In this document: piece by piece, positions 58,371 through 64,000 of the stretch
Layout of the letters: every line of letters begins with the position of its first letter
Position numbering within the stretch: position 1 is the stretch's first letter
DNA from: Candidatus Melainabacteria bacterium 17Bon1m
GTDB lineage: Bacteria > Cyanobacteriota > Vampirovibrionia > Obscuribacterales > Obscuribacteraceae
Length of the DNA stretch: 64,000 bases
Direction: 5' to 3'
NCBI GenBank assembly: GCA_032128875.1
Contig: JAVLKG010000004.1
Span: forward strand, 1 to 64,000
The notes under the pieces: model-generated
What the model saw: the letters and a program-made list of their open reading frames with translations, nothing else
The model's database searches: none
What the model was told of the DNA's origin: nothing
Made by a program: the position numbers and the translations under genes

Positions 58371-58788
58371 AAGAGTCCCCCACTAACGCAATTTTTCACG
58401 CTTTCTTCAGCCGCATTAGACTATACACTGCATCTGGTGTCAAGAAATATTCTGATCTGCGGCGATTTTCTCACAAGATTTTGACACGTTCGAGCAGATG
58501 GGCAGCCGTATTTTAGCCCTTCTGATTTCGACTTGTCACCACTATTGGTTTCACCTTCGTGCCACCACCGGTGATCCTGGCAGACTACTATCGGTAATCT
58601 TAGGTATATCCGCACGATCTCATGACAACACTGTTGATTATATGTCGCTAGACCTGATGGTTGGTGGGAACATATACAAAAGGAGTCCTTTCTTGAAGAT
58701 ATGTTCTTTTCTTTTGTTTGGTGTGGAACATAAAAAAGTGTACTCGGCCTCCACCAGGGAGAGCCGTTAGCGTTAAACCGATTGCCTA

Positions 58789-60372
58789 ATGACTATGCAA
58801 AAGCCATCTCCTAAAGGTCCTACTATTCAGCGGCTACAAAGCCGCCCGCTTTTGAGCGACCTGCAGAAGAACCTGGCCCAGGCTGAATCAAAACCGGGAA
58901 ATAAGGTCGTGGTCTCCTGGGGCGACTCCCAGACAGGCGCCGAATATACGCTCAGCGTCGAGGCCAATAATATTGGGGACGATCCTGAATGGCGCATGCA
59001 TATCTTCAATGAAGCGGTCGCCAAAATCTTGTGGATGTACGTGTCCTCCGACCCTGTGGTCGTCTACAACCTCGTCACCTCGTCGCTTCCGGAGGATGAA
59101 AGGCAGCCTCGTAAGTATGATGGCAGTCTGGTCGAAGGCATTCCGCGCGAGCAGGAAGTCACCTCCAGGCAAACCCGCGATAACCAACCAGTTGACGGTT
59201 ACAACGGTTCGGGCGAGCCCAAGGAAACACCAAAGAAGGCCGGATTAGCCGGCGATCTTTCTCTTGTTCAGGTCACCAATTTGCTTCCATCCATGCAGAT
59301 GGCACGGATGACCGGAAAGCTTACTTTCGAAAACGCGCATTGCCGCACCCACGTGTACTTTGAGGACGGAGCGCCCGTCCACGCATACTCGGAGGAGGAA
59401 GAGGGGCAGGATGCTTTGCTCGAGGTTTTGACCTGGAAAGAAGGTCATTTCAAATTTCACCCCAAAGAAGCTGCACCTAAGAAAACTGTCGATCAGCCTC
59501 TCGATACGCTGATGCTTAAGGGCGTCAAGATCATCGATTGCGCCACTTTTCTCTCTAGCGCCGGTATCGATGCGGATTCGCTGCTGGACAAAAAGCAGAC
59601 GAGTCTCACGAAAGAAGAATTCGACGAGATAGTCAACTCATCCAAACTAGATACAACATCGCTCAAGAAGCTATACGATCGCTTCAATTCGACGACGACA
59701 CTGGCAGAAGCCGCCCGGGGATTGGGCTTGCCCCGGAGCAAATGGGCTGGTCTCGTGGCACAACTTTTGCGCCTCGACTTGATCAAAAAGTGCGAGCCCA
59801 AAATGGCAAGCAGCGTATTGATGCCGAAAATGATCGACTCTGACGCCATAGCCGCCATTGCAAATAGCCTCCGCAACCGGGAATCCGGTATGTACACTTA
59901 TGAGGCTTTTCTATATTTCCTCGAACAAGAATACGTGCGTCGCTTCAGAACCGAGAGCGATATCTCGGTGATTGTCTTTGAGATGAAAACCATCAGACAG
60001 GGCTCGGTGACTGTCAGAGAGCCACTCAGCATGGAGAATATCAGCGCAGCATGCAAGCGGCTCGATCTCATGAAGCGACCTACTGATCTCTGCTGTCACT
60101 ATGAAGGTACTGATTTTGCCTTCCTCTTGCCGAACACAAAAGCGCAAGGCGCGTCGATTTTTGCTCAGCGTATATTAGACAACTTCAGGAAAGAACCCCT
60201 AGAAACCGCCAATGGCAGCGAGCTTGCGCTCTCCATGGGCATAGCCGGCATGCCTGACGATTTCCTCGATCCGCCGTTTTTGCTTGCTGGTGCCGAAGCC
60301 GCGAAAAACGAATCTGTAAGAAGCAACGTCAACATCGTCAAGTTCAAAGACTTGCCCGACATGATGATGTAG
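58789..60372 (+). CDS. DUF4388 (PATAN-like) plus degenerate GGDEF-domain protein
   Basis: LAGDLS...MTGKL...VYFEDG.PVHA...WKEGHFKF; C-terminal RPTD...YEGTDF...LSMGIA. Confidence 0.8.
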   Translation: MTMQKPSPKGPTIQRLQSRPLLSDLQKNLAQAESKPGNKVVVSWGDSQTGAEYTLSVEANNIGDDPEWRMHIFNEAVAKILWMYVSSDPVVVYNLVTSSLPEDERQPRKYDGSLVEGIPREQEVTSRQTRDNQPVDGYNGSGEPKETPKKAGLAGDLSLVQVTNLLPSMQMARMTGKLTFENAHCRTHVYFEDGAPVHAYSEEEEGQDALLEVLTWKEGHFKFHPKEAAPKKTVDQPLDTLMLKGVKIIDCATFLSSAGIDADSLLDKKQTSLTKEEFDEIVNSSKLDTTSLKKLYDRFNSTTTLAEAARGLGLPRSKWAGLVAQLLRLDLIKKCEPKMASSVLMPKMIDSDAIAAIANSLRNRESGMYTYEAFLYFLEQEYVRRFRTESDISVIVFEMKTIRQGSVTVREPLSMENISAACKRLDLMKRPTDLCCHYEGTDFAFLLPNTKAQGASIFAQRILDNFRKEPLETANGSELALSMGIAGMPDDFLDPPFLLAGAEAAKNESVRSNVNIVKFKDLPDMMM

Positions 60373-60377
60373 GCAAT

Positions 60378-60460
60378 CGTGGGGGCGCGTTGCACGCGCC
60401 CGTTTTTGTAGGGGTGATGCCATGCATCGCCCTCGGGCGGCATGTATGCCGCTCCTGCAG
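60378..60460. repeat. REP cluster between convergent genes
   Basis: GTGGGGGCGCGTTGCACGCGCCC; GTAGGGGTGATGCCATGCATCGCCC; GGGCGGCATGTATGCCGCTC. Confidence 0.75.
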
Positions 60461-60470
60461 CGGAGCTTGG

Positions 60471-61991
60471 CTATTCTGTCTTCGTTTCTATGTTCTGTTC
60501 TTTACTCGTTTCCGTTGCCTTCTCTGTTGTCTCCGTCGCTTCGCCTGACTGCAATTTCGCCAGCAGCGATTTCGCATTGGCGTGGTCCGGGTCGTTGGGA
60601 GCCAGCTCGATAAATAGCTTCAACTCAGACGCGGCGCGCTCTTTGTCGCCAGTCTTCATCGATAGAAGTGCGAGATTGTAATGCGTTTGCTTCAGTCCAG
60701 GATCCAATTTCAGCGCCATGTCGTATTCCTGCAGCGCTTCCTTTATATGTGAATCTTCGGTCCCTTGCGATAGGAGCCAGGCTCGATTGTAGTGAGCTCT
60801 CGAAGACTTCGGAAATTCGCGGGTAATTTTGTCGGTCCATTCTTCTGCAAGTTTGAACTCATTGCAGTGAATTAGCAGTTTCAGCAGAGAGCTTTCCACC
60901 GACAATGCCTTCTGCTGCCGTTCTTTAGGATCCCACTCTTTCAAAAATTCCAGCGCCGCCATGTACTGAACTGCTGCTGCTCGTTCGTCTCCACTTTTCT
61001 CTAGATATCTTCCAGCTATCTCATGTACTGACGGACTTTTCGGGCAGAGCTGCAAAGCCTGTTTGGCGCGCCCTATTGCCTCCAACAGATTACCTTCCAT
61101 ATCGCATACATATGCGAGCTGCAGAATCGCATCAGCATCATTGCTATTGATCATCATCAACTTTCGCAGCGCCAATCGTGCACTTTTATAGTCTTTGTTG
61201 GCAATGAATGTTTCCGCTTTCAATTTCAAGGACTGTGTATCGTTTTTCTGCATCAGCCCTGTGTCTGCAATGATATTGGCCGCGTCTTCTTTCTTGCCTT
61301 GTTCGAGTTTAGATCTGACCAGACATTGTTTTGCCGGGTTCAGATTCGGATCTGCTTTCAATGCTGCCTTTGCATCGGCGACAGCAAGTGACGGCGTTTG
61401 CATCTCGATGGAAAGCCAGGCTCTGTTGCAATAAGCCGCAGCGCAATTGGCGTTTAGTCGTATCGCTTCACCAAATTCTTTCTTCGCATCCTCTTTTGAC
61501 TTGCCCGTAAGAATTAGTAAAACGCCACGATTGTTGTGAAGCCTGTAGCTATTGGGAGCTTCAGCCACAGCGTGGTCTATAAGTTTTAGTGCTTCCTTAT
61601 ATTGACCTTCTATCGTTTTGTCGAAAGACTGAATTGCGAAAAGATCGCCTTTGTTGAAGCCCTCGCGCCCTGGAAGGCGGTTGGGCATTGGCATGCGCTC
61701 TCCGAACTCATCGACGATTTTTGATTCTCCTGCCTCGGTGGTTTGGACGCTGAAGTTACCCAGTGAAAGTACATAAGGATGAATGTGGTTTTTCAGCGTC
61801 ATGTAAACGTGCACGCTGGGCTCGCTTTCGCCCGGCAGGCTCTGCACGCTTGCAGAGAATGCGTGGTTTTTTGCATTGCGAAATTTGACAGCATCGAATT
61901 GCATGACCTGTTCGGTCAGTGATTCCTCGGCGCTGAAGCCGGCTGTCTGTGCGAGAAGCAACAATGCTCCTAGAATGTAGGTGAGCCGCAT
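60471..61991 (-). CDS. Exported TPR protein
   Basis: Signal peptide MRLTYILGALLLLAQTAGFS; multiple TPRs (AYCNRA, AHYNRA, THYNLA). Confidence 0.82.
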   Translation of the reverse strand: MRLTYILGALLLLAQTAGFSAEESLTEQVMQFDAVKFRNAKNHAFSASVQSLPGESEPSVHVYMTLKNHIHPYVLSLGNFSVQTTEAGESKIVDEFGERMPMPNRLPGREGFNKGDLFAIQSFDKTIEGQYKEALKLIDHAVAEAPNSYRLHNNRGVLLILTGKSKEDAKKEFGEAIRLNANCAAAYCNRAWLSIEMQTPSLAVADAKAALKADPNLNPAKQCLVRSKLEQGKKEDAANIIADTGLMQKNDTQSLKLKAETFIANKDYKSARLALRKLMMINSNDADAILQLAYVCDMEGNLLEAIGRAKQALQLCPKSPSVHEIAGRYLEKSGDERAAAVQYMAALEFLKEWDPKERQQKALSVESSLLKLLIHCNEFKLAEEWTDKITREFPKSSRAHYNRAWLLSQGTEDSHIKEALQEYDMALKLDPGLKQTHYNLALLSMKTGDKERAASELKLFIELAPNDPDHANAKSLLAKLQSGEATETTEKATETSKEQNIETKTE

Positions 61992-62040
61992 GCGGCTCCA
62001 TGTCAGGGAGGCACATGTGCCTCCCCTACGAACCTGATAA

Positions 62041-63300
<1,260 letters not shown>

Positions 63301-63302
63301 TA

Positions 63303-63365
63303 ATGTAGGGGCAACGCCTCGCCCGTCTAAATAATGTGGTCGACGCATGGCGTCGACCCTACAAT
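63303..63365. repeat. REP cluster
   Basis: TGTAGGGGC...; GGTCGACGCATGGCGTCGACCCTACA. Confidence 0.7.
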
Positions 63366-63390
63366 AAGTGCGCGTGCAAAGCGTCCAGGT

Positions 63391-63999
63391 CTAATTTTCT
63401 AGTTCTTTTACTTCTTGCGCGTCGACTGAATCGCTGTCTTTGACTTCGATGAGCACAGGCTCTTTGACCGAGAGCTTGGGGGTTTCGGTTGCCTTGCCCA
63501 TGCTGCCTTTGAGTGCGAGCAATTCCATTTCGATATCCGTCTTGCCTTCGAAGTTCTTGAACTGTTTGTCGAGTTGGTCGGTGCCCAACTCAGCAAGCGC
63601 AGCTGCACGTGCTTCGCGCTCCTGGACTTTGGTTTCCATTTTCTCGATCACATTCATAGCACCCGAAGCTGTCGTCTTCGAGAGAATTTCGTTGGCTTTG
63701 CTGGTCGCTTGAGCCGCTTTGTCGCGAGCGATGAGAACTTGCTTTTTCGTATATGCCTTCTGTACTTCGGCTTCCAAATCCGTGAGGCGCTGTCTGAGAG
63801 TATTTGTGGTTTCTTTTTGAACCTTTAACTGCGCTTCGAGATCTGTGGCAGCTTGTTGGTACTGCTGTTTACGCTGCAGCGCCTGTTTTGCCAGATCGTC
63901 GTTGTTCTGCTGAACAGCCATCGCCGCGCGGTTGTGCCACGTCTCGGCTTGTTCTTTATTCTTCTGGAGTTGCTGCTCGAGTTGCTTTTCTGTCGCAAT
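63391..63999 (-). CDS. pspA: PspA/Vipp1 (IM30) family protein, 5' end outside the window
   Basis: Frame open to the window edge: W..RA..A...DDLAKQAL.RK, KQVLIAR..AA, EKME.KV, ELLALK. Confidence 0.9.
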   Translation of the reverse strand: MATEKQLEQQLQKNKEQAETWHNRAAMAVQQNNDDLAKQALQRKQQYQQAATDLEAQLKVQKETTNTLRQRLTDLEAEVQKAYTKKQVLIARDKAAQATSKANEILSKTTASGAMNVIEKMETKVQEREARAAALAELGTDQLDKQFKNFEGKTDIEMELLALKGSMGKATETPKLSVKEPVLIEVKDSDSVDAQEVKELEN

Positions 64000-64000
64000 C

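Overview
Bacterial chromosome segment, probably from a non-photosynthetic cyanobacterial relative (Melainabacteria/Obscuribacterales-like). This assignment is inferred from dapA-rnj synteny, SepF, PspA/Vipp1 and the DUF4388-GGDEF and kinase genes. The right part (about 41.5-64 kb) is core genome: dut, dapB-asd-dapA-rnj, a Ser/Thr kinase, sepF, ispD, scpB-scpA-smc, tgt and pspA, with scattered GTAG-type REP palindromes. The left part (1-39.9 kb) is accessory DNA stacked at the 3' end of a tRNA-Thr(CGU). It comprises a complete ~12.3 kb integrase island (27.6-39.9 kb) and a second, related island to its left, whose att arm is split by an IS481-type element, plus an IS21 at 1-2487. The cargo looks defence-rich: two patatins followed by a nuclease-STAND ATPase, three HEPN-like proteins, a ClpN-MNT fusion, HNH plus DUF4238, a serpin and three paralogous beta-propellers. 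The main unexplained signals are four. (i) Four co-oriented ~360 bp non-coding elements have fixed-spacing motifs and an RP4/T-DNA-border-like TATCCTG|C core; two of them are followed by a 95%-conserved 140 nt branched hairpin (candidate relaxase-less oriT mimics). (ii) A ~870 nt ornate ncRNA candidate lies next to the tRNA. (iii) The patatin-patatin-STAND operon matches no system I recognise. (iv) An exactly 10-bp-phased AGAC array sits between dapA and rnj. Family calls are from motif recognition only; no database searches were run.
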